DNA of 64,000 nucleotides from Balanoglossus misakiensis. Taxonomy: Eukaryota > Animalia > Hemichordata. The notes under the pieces are model-generated. The model did no database searches. It was given only the letters and a program-made list of their open reading frames with translations, and was not told the origin of the DNA. Positions 26,601-41,310 of this stretch are shown here, in pieces. The position numbers and the translations under genes were made by a program. How positions within the stretch are numbered: position 1 is the stretch's first letter; each line of letters begins with the position of its first letter. The stretch is taken from positions 10,792,276 through 10,856,275 of the forward strand of contig CM082594.2 of assembly GCA_040954595.2 (NCBI GenBank). Reading direction: 5' to 3'.

Positions 26601-29600
26601 ATGGCCTCCCTCAAATTTCTGATAGTAAAAAAAAGCTCAGTTTTATACCAGGCAGTAAAATCTGCTCTTATATACAATTGGATATGGAAGAGACACGGAA
26701 AGCACTGTACTACATGATCATAACACAAGCCACACGTGTACACCAACAAGCCTACATTTCGAACGCAGTTGAAAATAATATTAATACCGATAGACCGTGC
26801 ATGTTATCGGGTGACTCACAATTGTGTATATATGTACAACTTCGATGGTATCACTCCGAAAATGAACTCGCTAAACAGTAGGTGCTAAAGGTCTGATGTA
26901 ATCATATTTTGTACATGGCTGTTAAGTTTACTAGCTAATGGTTTTAATACGCCACAAAATATTGACACAGCTTCCCTTCCCACTTCACAATAAAGTAAAT
27001 CCATGATGTTTGAAATTTTTAACTGGGTAAGAAACGGCCAACAAGACTGTTTTAAGTGTTTTGTTTATCCAGTCATAGATTCGCATAAAAAGAACATCTT
27101 GACAGCAGCAATGCACTTTAAAATATTCCACAATTCTTTTGTAAATCATAAAAATTCTGAAACAACGGGAGGAGAATTCTTCATGGCTATCACTTGGCCG
27201 AGGAGTAATTGAATTTGTTGAAAGTACTTCAAATGTGGCGGGGGGTTGGGCTACGCATTTCCTGCGCGCCGAGTAATGCCTACAATTAGGCAAACCAGAA
27301 AAGGGTTATTTTCATTTTACATCTTGCGCCCAGGGGCGCTGAGAATCACAACAATTTCGCTCAAACTCCCCAGCTAATGCAATTTGTTCTATCCGTGTCT
27401 ACGGACTGACTATCAAAGACATGCCGTCGGGACTGCACCTTCAAATGGTGGGTCAAACACTACTCCAAGCGAAAAAGCCACTTAGAGGGAACGAGGGGAA
27501 GTCATTTACCATCCCCCTGTCTACATTATTGAAATACAGCATGTTTTAAAACGGTGCCCTCGACGCTGCTTTATCTCCAACCTGTCTCCCTTGCAGGGGA
27601 ATACTTTTCATGTTCACCCCGACAGATTAAGCTTTGAACCGTCTTTTGAAAAACTGCACCAAAATGTTTCTCCCTACAGGATTTGTCTTTTAATTACTTA
27701 GCGGTTCATAATGACGTCTGCTTCTTCTCTTTTTTATTTCCTACGCTTTGCTCACAGCAGTTTTTATTAAGTGGATTTACATATTTCATTTCATCAATTA
27801 TTCGATTCAGGGGGAAATTTACTACGCTAAATCATATTCATCACTATTTTATTTATTTATATTTTGAACGCTGACAGAAGAAGAAAATTAGCTTTCTTAT
27901 GCATTCGTGAAGGATATTTTCATGGTAAGTTCAGTGGTGAAATTATTTGGGTTATTTCTGTCAAGCAAAAAAATGGCCCTTTTGTGTCAGTTTTATTTGC
28001 CCTGATGTAAAATTTACAATCACGCTTGGTCATTAAATCTATTTCCATATAAATGTCAAAATTACTTTCATTCTTCGAACAAGACTCATCAAAATGACTC
28101 CTGAAGGAAAGTATGACACAAGACAGAAACATATTCCTCTTGCATTTAAATTTATTTTGCGTCTTTCTTCTCGTACAAACGGACGAAAAATATGAAGGAA
28201 ATGCAGCGAGATTGATTTTAACGTCACCTGACACATACACCACTGACCTGGACAGGGTTAAAAAATAAAATACCGCCTTGCTTTAAACTATAACAACCTC
28301 ACCAGGCGATAGATGCAAAGAGTCAGATCTTACACAACAATTGCCAAGAGTTTATCTCTGCAATCGGGGAATGTGGCACAATTTATAAACAGAGGACATA
28401 TGATAGAGGGCAATTTGAGACGCAAATACAGATAAAAAGATGTTGAATGACTGTATCACTGGGACTCCGCGTGCTGACTTATGATGCCAAAGTAAACAAA
28501 TACTCCTTTTCTCGTCTAAGGGGCCTGGGGGGGTGGGGGTGACTATACTCTTCACTCGCTACACAAAGTGCAGTTTTACCCCAAGTAAGTCAGAAAGCAC
28601 ACAACTTAGAATATATTAAAAGTAAAGTTAATAGACGGTGCGATCAGGTAGCTGTAAACAAAGACAGGGTATTAATTCATTGCCCAATGGGGGGTTAACT
28701 GTATCCATTTCTCTCGATTATCTTGGACGAGCGAGAAGCACCAAACTCTTGGCTACTGCATGCACAGACAGTGATTTGCATTGGGTCTCTGAAGGCAGAA
28801 TTTCTCCCATTCCTAAATTGCTAGAATAGTTTCTCTCCTGGAAAGTTTCATTGCTGAGACTCGCAAGGAAGAGGTTCTGAGTCGCCCACTAACTCATCAA
28901 TTTCACTCATCAATGTCAGTCATTTCAGGAATGATGGCTACTGATATTTTTTCCCTCTCTTTCTATCATGATTTTTTAAAATCTGCATATAGCTTCTTCA
29001 CGTGTTTATACACAAATACAGCAGGATAACCTGGTTTTTGGAATCTCAGCCCGGCTAAAAGGTCACACCTCCCTCATGGGAAGAATTTAGGTGATTCCCC
29101 TATCACAGTAATTATCTAGCCTCTTCAAGTTACACTGGCTCTATAAGGACCGACTCAAGTGTAAATGTAATAAATTCATTGCCCCCTCCTTAGTCAACAG
29201 TTTCAAAGTGAATCCCCGACTAAGCAGTCGGGGAATTGCGGCGTCACAACTGACCGGGTTCGGCCCTTACGCCATTGACATTCACCGCTAGCCACGTTCC
29301 CAGGCTCAAAGCGGCTCTTTGCTAATGTCAACTGTCTACGAGCATTGATTAGGAAACAATCCTTTATACACTGCAGTGACAAGTCGGGCACGCGGCTGGA
29401 CTGACTAAGCAACCCTCGTCGTCACCTGTCACGCAGACCGCGACGCAGAAGGTAGCACGCGAGGCAGGGGCGCGATGTTACAATCCCGTAACGCCGGGAC
29501 ACATGTCGTATCAGTCGGGACAAGATCGTCACAGATTCTTGAAATCTAGGAGAGGGCTTATCTTTGTTACTTTTTCGCTACTTGTTTATGTTAGGAATGG

Positions 29601-32600
29601 CTGGCCATTGCCCCCTACTTCATGCTGACAATGAGAAGATAGGACACATCACCAAGAGCGTGCCAACCGGTTTCTCTTCGTCCTAACCAAGTGATGACAT
29701 GGTAAAAACATGTTTGATAGGGCAAGCAACACTGGACAAGATCTCTGAAAGATATTTGGCCAAAATTTACAAACATCAACTTTACTCAGGCATTTACCAA
29801 AGATAGGCGTTTCACACTGCAATCAATTTCATCTTTAAAAGCCATCTGATAAAGTTAAAACGAGTTCTGAAAATACAGAACAGAAAGTACATATATTGAA
29901 AATTATTTCACAATTTCCCAAATTCTAAGTTTCAGATGCACTTTCAGATGACATTGATGTAAAATTTCAAAGCAGTACAAATATGATGCTGGTAAATATT
30001 TGTTGATATGACGATTAATATTTGACCAATCATAGCAAACTTTGATTTCATGTATATTCACAGGATAGACAGAACGCAACACAGGAACCAAGGATAGAAA
30101 AAATAATAATCTTTTTTCTCTGCACAGCTTGCATTGATGAGACAGTTTATTTTCAATTCCACATACAACATCCTAGAAATTCTTGGAAGTTTGATAAAAA
30201 ATATACATCATCATAAAAACAGATAACACGTTTTAGGCTATCAGATTGGGTGAAGGACGTTATGGATAATCATTTCTGAATTTATATATGATCAACGGAA
30301 CGGCATTAAAAGTATAACTGAATTAACAAGCTAGAGCAGATGTAATGCCTACTTCTGTTTCAAAAATATCAATACATGTAGTACATAACACTATATTAAC
30401 AGACTAATGTAATGATCTGCGGTAGGCTTTTTCTGTTGACTTAATCTAAAGAGTAGGGTACCAGTGGAAGTTTGTGCACTTCCTAAAATATGAAATATCA
30501 ATTAGGTATTCATAAATAAACCGTAACGCAGTGAACTGCTTCAGAGGGCGTTTAGCAAGTCGCAGTCTTTGTTAGCAACCGCAGTCGTAGTATTTCGAAC
30601 TGGACAGTGGCAGGATATTCTCGTAAATAATGAACAGTGATGCCATGATTTGCTTGAAAGCACCACTGAGTCCTTACAAGGCCATAGTTCTTGATACCTC
30701 AGAATTGCTAGAGGTCGTTCTTTGAAAACGTCCCCCCTCCCTTTTTCTTTTTGTCTGCAGCCAGACTGCCTCTCACATGCATGTTGATGAGGGAAAAAAA
30801 CCTTGTTGGTGATGCATCAGATCCCCCATTCAAGAGTGTCTGGGCAAGCATAACCACTAAAAAGAGCGGCTATCAATTCTCTGAAATATATAAATCACCA
30901 TAGCGTAGGACCTGACAACAACAAGGTCAGTTTCTTTGATCAAGGGCTGTTTATACCCCTTTATACCCCTATACAACTACAGGAATCCGCACAATCACAG
31001 CACTTTTTTCCCCCGTCTCCATATATCATCTCCCCCACCGCCATTCAAATCAAATCTCCCCCAGTCTTAGAATTTAATTGGTCGGTCTTTGTTGGAGCGT
31101 CCACCGACCGGGGCGAACAATGGGGCTGAACTTTTCAAGCTAGCCTCTCCCGGCAACAAGTGATTGGACAAGTCGCATGCCAGCCACGCTCCTCACGCTT
31201 ATAACAGGACAAAACAGGGCCCCAGGGCACGCTTAACGGGGGCTCTGGCTTCCGCAAAAGGCCCTTTTGGATTGAGGCTTACACTGGTCTTTACAATACG
31301 GCAATAAAAGGGACCCCTTTCATTTATTGTGATCGCTGAACATAAATAAGGCCAATCACCAGGATGCTCCCCGAAGAAGCCAAGTCAGGAGAAAGAGAAA
31401 GTGAACGCGAAAAAAATCAATACCAACATCAAAATTAGAGCTGATTTCCACACGGGAGGGATTTCTGGATAAGCTGACACACAGAAGCAATAATTATCAC
31501 ACCAGTGTTTAGAGACCAACCCTACAACACTCCTCCGCATATTAACAAAATCTGATATTTGCTCAGTAACATTTTTACGACTGCCATATTTTTCCTCCCA
31601 TCAAATCTCTCCCGCCAAATCCTTTCATTTATTCATTTGTTTCCATTGCCACTGCTGTTTTCTTGCAGAGTTAATCCACTGGATACATTTCATATTACTT
31701 TTTTTTAAACAGGGTAGGAATTTCAATTCACGGCCACAGCTCGCTGACTGCACTGGAAAACCATTATCCTCATAGCAGACATGATTGCCTATCACAGGGG
31801 GAGGAGATCACATGAAATGAACAGCTAGCTCCAATAAGTGAGTTGTAATATCAGAGTTATAGAGTGCAATTAAAGACAAGATACTTTTCCATTATTTCAC
31901 CATTATCAGAGCTTCTTGCCTTTCTTCAAAGACATTGTGTATACTCATTACATTTTTTAAAACTACAACTTCCCAGAGTTTTGGACAAATCAACCATCTT
32001 TTAAGATTCACCAGAACTGTGAACAAACAGGTAACACTGAAAACTCAATGAACAGGCAAAAGTAATTCAATTATTACTTAAACTGTTTAATTTGCAAGCA
32101 ATTTAAAATCAATTATCACCCAATAACGATTCTTGTTTTTGTCTGTGGCTTTGTAAACAATGTTCAACAATAACTTCACAAAGAACACATCTTTTAAACT
32201 AATCACATCAATTCGCTCGATACCACTTCCTAATTTTTCAAGGAAAATGGGAAACGAGAATCAATAATATTGGTTCTACGACTTCAACTAGGGAAAAATG
32301 AAAGTTAAATTTATGAGGTTATTTCAAGCAAAATAAAACTTTTAAAACAAAAATGTTTCAGTAAAAAGTAAGCAATCATGAATGCCTGGTATATTTTTGG
32401 TTTCTTGTACTGAAGTTGATACCATAAGTTTATCATGACATTTTACTCCTATAAACATTAAGTAAAAGTAGATATAAAAGATAACAATTGCCTATATATA
32501 TGAAATAATGCTCTAGGCCCCATCAGTTTTTCTGTTTGCATTATGTTTCATACAGCTATTATGCTAAAAAGTTTAAAAACTTGATGTCTATATTAAAGTA

Positions 32601-32935
32601 CACAATCATAGCTTTTTGACAAAGTTGTTTACAACATTACAGAAACATCTAGAAGACACAATAATGATCAATCCATCATCTATAAATAAAAGTCCCTTCA
32701 AATGTTGCAACGATCAAATGTGCTAGCAGGGATTATGCTAGGGTTTCCCTACATATCTACATGTCTACAAGATTAATGCAATGAGCACCAAGCCAGCTGT
32801 CATACGCTTAAAAACTCAATAAAAATTTCTACTTTTCTTTAGGTGTCTAGCTACCATTTCAGAAATTTCTAAGTGGCGCAAACGAGAAGTTTACAAACTT
32901 TTTGATAGCTGTGATAATCTGCTAAGTATTGGGTG

Positions 32936-32949
32936 GTTACTATGGCAAC
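32936..32949. promoter_or_regulatory. RFX X-box motif GTTACTATGGCAAC
   Basis: Matches the X-box consensus GTTRCYATGGNAAC. Binding is not shown. Confidence 0.5.
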
Positions 32950-33599
32950 TCTCGCATCCGGTTGGTGCAACTCGGTGCAAGGCACTGGTTTGATGTATTT
33001 TACACACAAAAAATACTGGAAAAAGATTTTAATTAAACCGTCAGCAGTAAGGTAAGTCAGACATTGCGACCTTATCGAACCCTTTGGTGCATTTCAATAT
33101 TTTCCGGCGATACCAAACATCCCTGGTCTGTCCGTTTATTGTGTGGATTCACTGTTTTGACAAGTCTCGGTGGGAGAGCCACTTTCCCATGCTGGTAAAA
33201 TACAACACCTTGTCACTTCCGACAATCGCGCGACTGTCTGCGCATTGAGACACACACAACGACACCTTGTGACCGATGCCAGGATTATGATGGTGTCTTG
33301 CGGAGAGAGGAACAAAGCCCTCAAGTATGGCACTGAGATGGAGTACCCCTAAACGGGCCCCCCAATGGACTCCAAGCTCTGAGACAAAGGCCGTTTTATA
33401 CCGTACACAAAGGCCGGCCAACCAAGATCTAAAGACAAAGAGCGCACCAAACTACTGCAAAGTACGCGATGACAGCCAAAGCAGGGGCTGGGAAACTTTT
33501 GTTACTGTAAGGCTACAGCGCACACCGCATGAAAATACACTCGCACAATCGCTTTCTCACACTACCATACAGCAGTAAAGTCCTAATAGAAGTACATAC

Positions 33600-34906
33600 T
33601 GGTGTAAGCACCTGTCTTATAATGAGGCCCCTGGACATTTCGGTGTTCTAGTGATGAGGCTGCGCCGTTTTTCGGTCCAGTGACACCAGTTGGTGGAGAG
33701 AACATCTGAAATACAGAAAGCCACGTGTTAAAATCAGAGGCAAACAAAAGAACACAGGCTCTCCGAAACTGAAGGGAAAATCGATTTTACCCACTCGGGC
33801 AGGGAAATAGTGATGAAATATGCACATACATTAGCTTATAGCTAGCTGATCTTTCCAAACAGTTTTCCATCGAAACACAAAACCTTTTAAACGCAGGAAA
33901 CAAAATTACTGAAAATGCGGCCATTTACAGTGTAAATTATGGCGCTCAATTAAATTACTTTGCGATTTGGAGAACCAAATTATTCCAATTTGCGTATATT
34001 TTATTTACATCGCAAAATTATTCGCACTGCTGTCAGAAAATATTGTGATTTAATAAAAATTTACATACGAAAACATGGCCATCAGAAGCCGATCAGATCG
34101 TATGACTCAACCTAACATGTTGAGTAATTTTTTGTCTGATTCCTGTATTATTCATAATGAAATCAACGCTCAACACCATAATCCCATCTCGGAGATATCA
34201 TTTTCGGACAATTTAGTCGAAATCCCTTGCTGTTTCGCTACAAAATAGTCAATTTTGCGCGAACAAAGAGGGGGTTACTATAGCATGAGTATTGTTCAGC
34301 GCACGACGCGGCGCACGCCGTTCAAAACCAAACCTGTTTCACAATTTCATTCACCAATCTATTAATATAATAACTTCATAAGTGCGGGAGTGTTTCGCAC
34401 ACTCCAAGATTCAATTGGTCTACTTTAAAGTAGATAAACTCTATCTGCAGATCAGCGAAAACGAATACCTCCGACCACCGTTGTTAGATTAAAAAGTGCA
34501 ACCCGAATGTGTCTATTTCTCAAATGAAAACAAATACTGGCCCGCTTGCGACGCACAACAAAGTCAGTCCCCATCCTCTCGCTCTCAAATCGAAGCGCGT
34601 ACTTGTGGAAGTATCATCAAAGATTTGCTAATACATCATTGGCAAAATAGATTGACTTTCGTTTAAATACCAGTTTTCCTTATCTGACGACGAGGTTCTA
34701 GATAATATCAACTCTTGTAGGCAAAACGTCACGAACGTACGCTAAATTAGGTAATTCTTTCCGTTTGATACTTTGTTTTCTCAATGAAGGAAATACTAAG
34801 CGCACACGCCACGCGTATTCTAACTACTTACCGCGCTGAAATCTAAAAGATCATTCAGTTCTTTATCGGTGCTGTAACCACGTCGAGCTGACGGATTGTT
34901 CTGCAT
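33600..34906 (-). CDS. TCF12: E-protein class I bHLH transcription factor (TCF12/HEB, TCF4/E2-2, TCF3/E2A family). First two coding exons, complement(join(33600..33705,34832..34906)). The gene continues beyond the left edge of the window.
   Basis: Exon 34906-34832 reads MQNNPSARRGYSTDKELNDLLDFSA, with acceptor ttgcag before 34913 and donor gtaag. Exon 33705-33600 reads MFSPPTGVTGPKNGAASSLEHRNVQGPHYKTGAYT plus 1 nt, with acceptor tttcag and donor gtatg. Joined they give TDKELNDLLDFSA|MFSPP, matching the E-protein AD1 motif (human TDKELSDLLDFSAMFSPP). The symbol is nominal, since a single invertebrate gene would be co-orthologous to TCF3/4/12. Confidence 0.93.
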
Positions 34907-35292
34907 TTTGCTCCTGCAAGCAGAGAAATAAACGTGGCTTTGTGTAAGTTTCAAGGAGTCCAAATGTAGCGAACAAACTAAGTTTGTGATGTGAAACAGA
35001 CAAGGCGCTCCGATCTTTTATTAGACTTTCGAGGAACTGTCCCGCTTTGGTCAATTATTTTGGCACACAGGTCAATTAAAACGTCTCGCCGTCCTAAAAC
35101 GACATTTCGGAGTGTCTATCAACGATCACCAATAACTACCTTGTTTCCGGAATAACCGGCGTATCCAGCTACTTTTTAAGTAGAGTTCTCGGCCCCAAGA
35201 GGGACAAGTTACACCAATCAAAGACTGTACGAGTCCACTGTACGGTTACAACCAGTCCAACTCTTTTTGTCAGCTGATCCAGTTTCACTCAC

Positions 35293-35760
35293 AACAACAA
35301 CAGAGCGACGCGTACGCTACACAGTCCACAGCGGTATAATTTCACAGTTCCTGGTATCCACGTGTAGTTGAAGACACAATATGTTCCTCTGCGACGTTCA
35401 CTTGTAGATGGTTTGATAACTAAAAGCACGAACACATTACAAATCTTGGATGAAATCAAGCCACTACCACAGTACCAGGTCAACTCTTTCTGACTTCACG
35501 AACGGTGCACCAGTTTACTAATCGTTGCAATGACCCCGACGAGTTCACTGGCGTCTCTTCATAAATCATAGCTCAGTGGAAAACCTCTCCTTGCTGGCCA
35601 CGACTCGCTGAATCGTTGCAATTTTTACTAACTTTACAACAACACACGCTGAATGAAACAAACACTCGGCTAATTTTCACTGCAGCGTGCTGGCCGACAT
35701 TTTCTTCTGCTTGGGCTTTGTTAAGAGGCTGTGTCAAATATCGTTCCGCAACATCCGGGA
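35293..35760 (-). promoter_or_regulatory. Probable non-coding first exon and promoter of the E-protein gene
   Basis: There is a minus-strand donor gtgagt at 35292, upstream of the ATG exon acceptor at 34913. The sequence is locally CpG-rich and has a YY1-like AAAATGTCGGCC near 35700, which also opens a 7-codon uORF (35700-35677). The TSS position is an estimate. Confidence 0.5.
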
Positions 35761-37045
35761 AACTATAATGATAATTTCCGACTTCTCCACAAACTAAAGC
35801 ATGAAAACAAGTTAAGTTAATATAATTAACATCTCTACTACTTTATAATCATTTTTAAAAATTAACACAGTTTTGAAATATGCAAGAATAAAATAATTTC
35901 TAGGACTACTTTCAGTGCAATCAAGGTCACGACGGGGTCGTGGTAAACAGTCGCAATGTTTTCATGTGCATGAGGTAAAGTGTGCAACAGCCTCCCATTG
36001 ACTGACAGCTGATAAATTGATTGACAGTTTAGTAGCACAACTGACCAATCAGAGCACAGGTACCCCACAAAAGAATAACATTTAGCCCGCTATCCATTCA
36101 ATCAAATATAAGACGGCTCCCTATCTAAACAGCGCACCGTCGAATATGGCACACCCACTCATTCAGCGAGTAAATAACGGAGAACTACCGCGCATTGCAA
36201 ATTTGTATTTTTAAATTAAAAATCTGATAACTTACTACACATAGGCAAACATTCCGGAAGTTGTAGTAAGCACAACACCCGTCAATTTGTTCACTCTCGA
36301 AGCGACAACAGGTGATTACTGCGAACAAGTTTTTTCCCATTGTTCTCACATATATATAAAGACAAAGTATCCGCATTACCAGGAAATTTACGTTAAAATA
36401 CATATGAATGCCGACTGTGCTTTTCACGAGTGGGAAAATCAAATAAAATTAATCCCGAATGGACACACGCACGTTTTCCTCATCAGTTTTTCACTTTTTA
36501 ACATGTTCTGTATAGTAAGTCATTGTTCAAATACAGCTTTTCGCCTCACCCATAATGTTGGCTAACGTCATCAAGCATTGGAGTAAGAAAAACTAACATA
36601 TATATAATATTTTTGTCAAGGGTTACAGTTGCCTCTAAGGACGATAAACTGTCTACCATAGTATATTTTACACATCTATTAAAAGAGACAATAGATTTAA
36701 CCTTTGGCAATTGTTTAGTATTATTACGAGTTTTTCGTTTTGTCTTCCCACACCATAACCTTTAAATGTATTGTTTTCATCAATAGAATTCTAACAACTA
36801 AAACGGCCGTAATGATAAAGTAAATACAGGGTGTTCCATCAATGCATACACAAAAACAAAATACACAAGTATCGTGCCCGTTGTAAAATATCCGCATCAC
36901 GATGTATCGGGGATTAGGAACAGTTTAACGATGAGTATCCCTCTTAAAGATATCTTCCACATTTCTTCAGGAAATTAGAGTCAAGAAATTACGCGTCAGT
37001 TCATCAATCGAACGAAGCGTTGAGAACTGCCGAAAATCCAGACTC

Positions 37046-37048
<3 letters not shown>

Positions 37049-37107
<59 letters not shown>
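37049..37107. repeat. (CT)n microsatellite, about 29 units
   Basis: Directly visible perfect dinucleotide run. Confidence 0.98.
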
Positions 37108-37110
<3 letters not shown>

Positions 37111-38297
37111 AATTATCAGAAAACAAGCGAGGCAATTAGTACGCACCCGTTTACCGTCTACGCAATTACACATCTAACTCGATCTTATGTAATTACTGTT
37201 ACGGAGCTAGCGCGTTTAAACAAGCTTCCGCTTGGTTAACTGTTGAAACTGGCTAATCCGGCTAATTGAAGGCCCGACTTCCATTTCACTATTTCTTACA
37301 ATAGGGGGACTAACAATTTTAGATCACGTGATTATCGATCACTAATTTATGGACAAACGTTGGTCACGTGTCGCCGGTGATGCGAGCCGCCGCGCTATGA
37401 GCAATATCGGATGACGGCGATATCGGCATTTGCGGACAATTACTGGTACCTGATCTTATTCCGTAGTTTCGTGATTATAGCGCTTGGAGCTGAACGGACA
37501 ACCGCAGAAGTTTGTGCGACAAAGATGTACCAACTGTTCAAAATTAGCTACGTTTTTTGTAGGCCTACCTCCGGGAGCGAACCGTCTGAAGAAAATTAAT
37601 TATCAATATAACTGGATTAATAAATAATATTTAATATTTAATCAAGGTCATTGGTAAAGGTCGGCTTTTTTATGACCAACAAAGAGAAATTGAAAATAAC
37701 TTCGCACTTTAATATTCTTGGGGATACCCGTCCGTCACGGATGACGTACTCCGAACCGATATTAAAATCAGGCATTTAAAAAAAATAAGTTTTTCCCGGC
37801 CCTCCCGATTTCCGCAAGCCTAACGAAATATACCGCATTGTTTGATATTCGTAATGATAAAACTGGTGGACTCACAATTGAAGGCTCGGGGGGATTTTCT
37901 TGGGAAATTTGTTCATCATATTTCAGGACGAGCGCCTTTTGAAGTCCATTCGGTCGCTTCCGATTTCACACAGTTCAGACTGTACATCGCAGGAATGCGG
38001 AAGTGGCAAAACGGAAGGGGAGTTGATTGCCATCTTTATATTTCAAAAAATTGAGCGAAAATTCGTGACTGTTAAACATCGTGGAACATAATACTATCCT
38101 GTTCTGAAAATGCTGCATAAAAGTCTTTTCACAACGCGCTCGTGATTGTCCGGGTAAAATCCGCCACATTCACTTGGTTGTTCATTCATTCATTCAATCT
38201 ATTCAATTTGGAATATATATCTATCTATAGTTTAATATAAATACCCGCGACTATCACTCTAATAGACACAGAATACTGTATGTCATTCGTTGACTGA

Positions 38298-38311
38298 GTT
38301 ACCATGGAAAC
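38298..38311. promoter_or_regulatory. RFX X-box motif GTTACCATGGAAAC
   Basis: Near-perfect palindromic X-box. Confidence 0.5.
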
Positions 38312-40850
38312 TTGATTTGTGATGGGAAGTGAGTGAGGTTGCTGTCACTTTCTTTTCGGGACGTACCTTGTATTACCCAGGTTCGTTCAAATCGTGTTTT
38401 CTAACTAAACGTGACGAGTTTGAGTATACTAGTATTCAACGACTGAACCCTGTGGTTGGGATACTCAATAAACTGACAATACTTTCTGGAAAGTAGACTC
38501 AACAAATTCTGTGAACGAACTTGAACTTGTACTTGTACCCATTCAGCACAATGACGGTTGACTGCGTATCGGTCTGTTTGTTTTATGCGATTTAATATTT
38601 ATTGATACGAACAGTTTTATTTGGGCTCTAACCGCCAAGCTGAAAATCGAAATAATTTAAATAAATGGTGAATTCTTAGTTGTCTTGGGACGAGAAAATA
38701 AAGAAAGGCCGCGTGATGCGCTGAGCGAACAATAAAAGAGACAACGCCGGCGTCTAAAAAGCTCAAATTGCTGAAGATGTGAAGTTGCCGGAGTAAAAAG
38801 GATCCGCCCATCCTTCGGGGCAGAACAGGGATTTGTCAAGGGAGAGGCGCGGTAAATTGGCCGGTGCCCGACAACTTTACTCCGTGAAAACTTGGTGAAT
38901 ATGAGATCCGTTGGGAGAGCGGGTGTATTAAGAAAACATATGTAAGGATGAAAATGCTGGACACGAAAATCAACCGCGGGATCAAAGGTTAAATTTCAAG
39001 GTCAGTTAAGGTTTGACTGACAGGTCTTGGGTAAAAAAAACTGAGCAGCGCAGACAAGAAGGGTTAATTAGGCATTCAGATCATAATGGTTATACTTCAT
39101 GAATATTAATACGGGATAAATATTAATATATAGCATCCATATTTTAGTGTAAAGTCCTATACACTTTACTTGGCTCAAATCTTGTGTAAAATACTAGTAT
39201 ACCAAGAATAGCGACAACTCGAACAAACGAAAGCAAAAAAGAAGATCCTGGTCAAACGATGCGTATCGTTCTCTCTAGGGCCATTACAAGATCGCAGTAC
39301 TTTACATAAATTGGATAGCATAACACTAACTCCACGAGGGAAGACGATTGAATTATTTAGAGCCAAATGAAAAAGACCTGAGCCTTTTCTCCCCGATTTC
39401 AGATCATTCGCTTCAGTGTTTGATTTGAGAATCGCTGAAAGATAAACGCGTATACTAAGCGGTTTAAAGAGACGGCGATCGGCAATATCAGAAAAAGGGA
39501 AATCTCATATAATCTGAATGATACGATTATAATGCACGCTGTATACAGAGTTTTTATACCCCGATTATTTTTATTTCCCTAAAGATTGTGGTTTAGCCCC
39601 CCACTCAAGAATATATCTGCTTTTTCCTTTGAGTTTTGCGTCTTGCAGGATGTTTTGGAGAATGTACCCTTTTACTGCTGTGGTAAGGGATGACCTACAC
39701 TATTTCACTGATGCAGGTATGTCGCACGCTTCCTTACTAACGCCCGTTTAAGAACACTGTCGGTCGGTTTCAGGGAGGATAAAACTTCCGCGGATAAGGA
39801 TTTACTTCTTAAATGTATTTTTATGGAATATATAAGGATATGAATGCATATCTTGATGGTGGCAAATCTTCAAAAATGATTGAGAATTAGCTAAGTCGAT
39901 GAAAGTGGACGTTGATCGATAACAGAATAGAAGACAATGTCAAAGACATGACCTCAACATACCTGCTCGCGATGCGAACTGTCTTAGGCACAGGTGATCA
40001 ACACGTAAACTTACAGTTAAACAAAAAGACACATCAACAGACAAATACATCGACAGATGAACCAGTAAACGGATAATAAACAAGGTATATTCGAGATAAG
40101 TTTCATTTCTATAGTTTTGCAATTTGTCTTCTTTTGTCATGAGCTCTTCTGCGTGGTTTTTAATCCGTCTTTTACATTATTGCGCTCATATAAACTGCGG
40201 AGAATTCAATCTATTAAGAAACCAGTCTCTTCAATTAAAAGGACGATACACTGAACGTCCCACTTTCCAAGTAAGTTGACTTTCGTTTAGTAAAACCTTG
40301 TGGAGTTTACGCTCAATCGAGAAAAAGGACATATTCGTTTGACTTACTCAGAAGTCCGCCTTTTCGTGGAAAATTAATCAACTACCAGAGCTTTTACCCT
40401 GAAAGCATTGTCGGGCAACAAAGAAAAAAGTAATTCGTCAAAATATATTGTAAAAAATGATATAAAATAGCCCGGATCTGGTATACTCGTCTCAACTCGA
40501 AATTCGAGAGAGTAAAACCTTTTTAATTGCAATCACCACTCGTCCGGGTAAAATAAATTTGTGCATCCGACAGAAGGGTTAAAAGACCAACAAAGGGCGG
40601 TGTTTGCCCGCGCCCGTGACGCAAGAAGTTCGATTTTGACGAGGTCTAGACCGACTTCGCCCGTCTGGTATTTTATACGGCGATTTAATTCAAGTAATTG
40701 GCATATAACGCGCAACTCCGCGATAAGGGCGGACAGATATAAATTTAATGGAAATACGATCATTTCTTATATTAAATGTCGACATATTGATATCATGTAC
40801 TGATAAATTTCCCTCGGTTGCCACTGCACTTTTTGTTTCAACGCAGGGCG

Positions 40851-40864
40851 GTTGCCATGGGAAC
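40851..40864. promoter_or_regulatory. RFX X-box motif GTTGCCATGGGAAC
   Basis: Near-perfect palindromic X-box. Confidence 0.5.
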
Positions 40865-41295
40865 GCTGATATTGACACGACATACACAATTAACCTATGG
40901 GAGGTCAGGACTCGGGTCAGATGTATTCTTTTTTAAATGCCCGAAACTCGGAGAATTTCTGCTCATCGTCAAAATTGCACACACAACGTCAATAGGACAT
41001 AAAGGCTCGCGGAAAATGCAGCTGTCGATCCTCACCAATGAAGTACGGTTCATCTTTTTTTTCAGAATCATATTCGCGCAACTACTTGTTTATCAGACGC
41101 GAAAAGTATAATTTATTATTTAAAAGCAATGGCACGACAATATCTATGCCTATCCCAAGCTTAGACAAAACGACACTGAAGTTCGCCAAGCCGATAAAAC
41201 TTCAAAACCGACAAGGTGTAAACTCCGTCAGCCGGAACATGAACAGTTGTATCAGAGAAAAGGTTTGTAACATTATGTGGCGTCTCCACTCTCTG

Positions 41296-41310
41296 ACAGT
41301 AGAGGGCGCC
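41296..41310 (+). promoter_or_regulatory. CTCF-like motif ACAGTAGAGGGCGCC
   Basis: Matches the CTCF core CCASYAGRKGGCRS except at the first base. It lies between the tropomodulin 3' end and the E-protein upstream region. Confidence 0.45.

Noticed and set aside
36967-37173. ORF with an ERERER run
   Set aside because: This is the translation of the (CT)n microsatellite.
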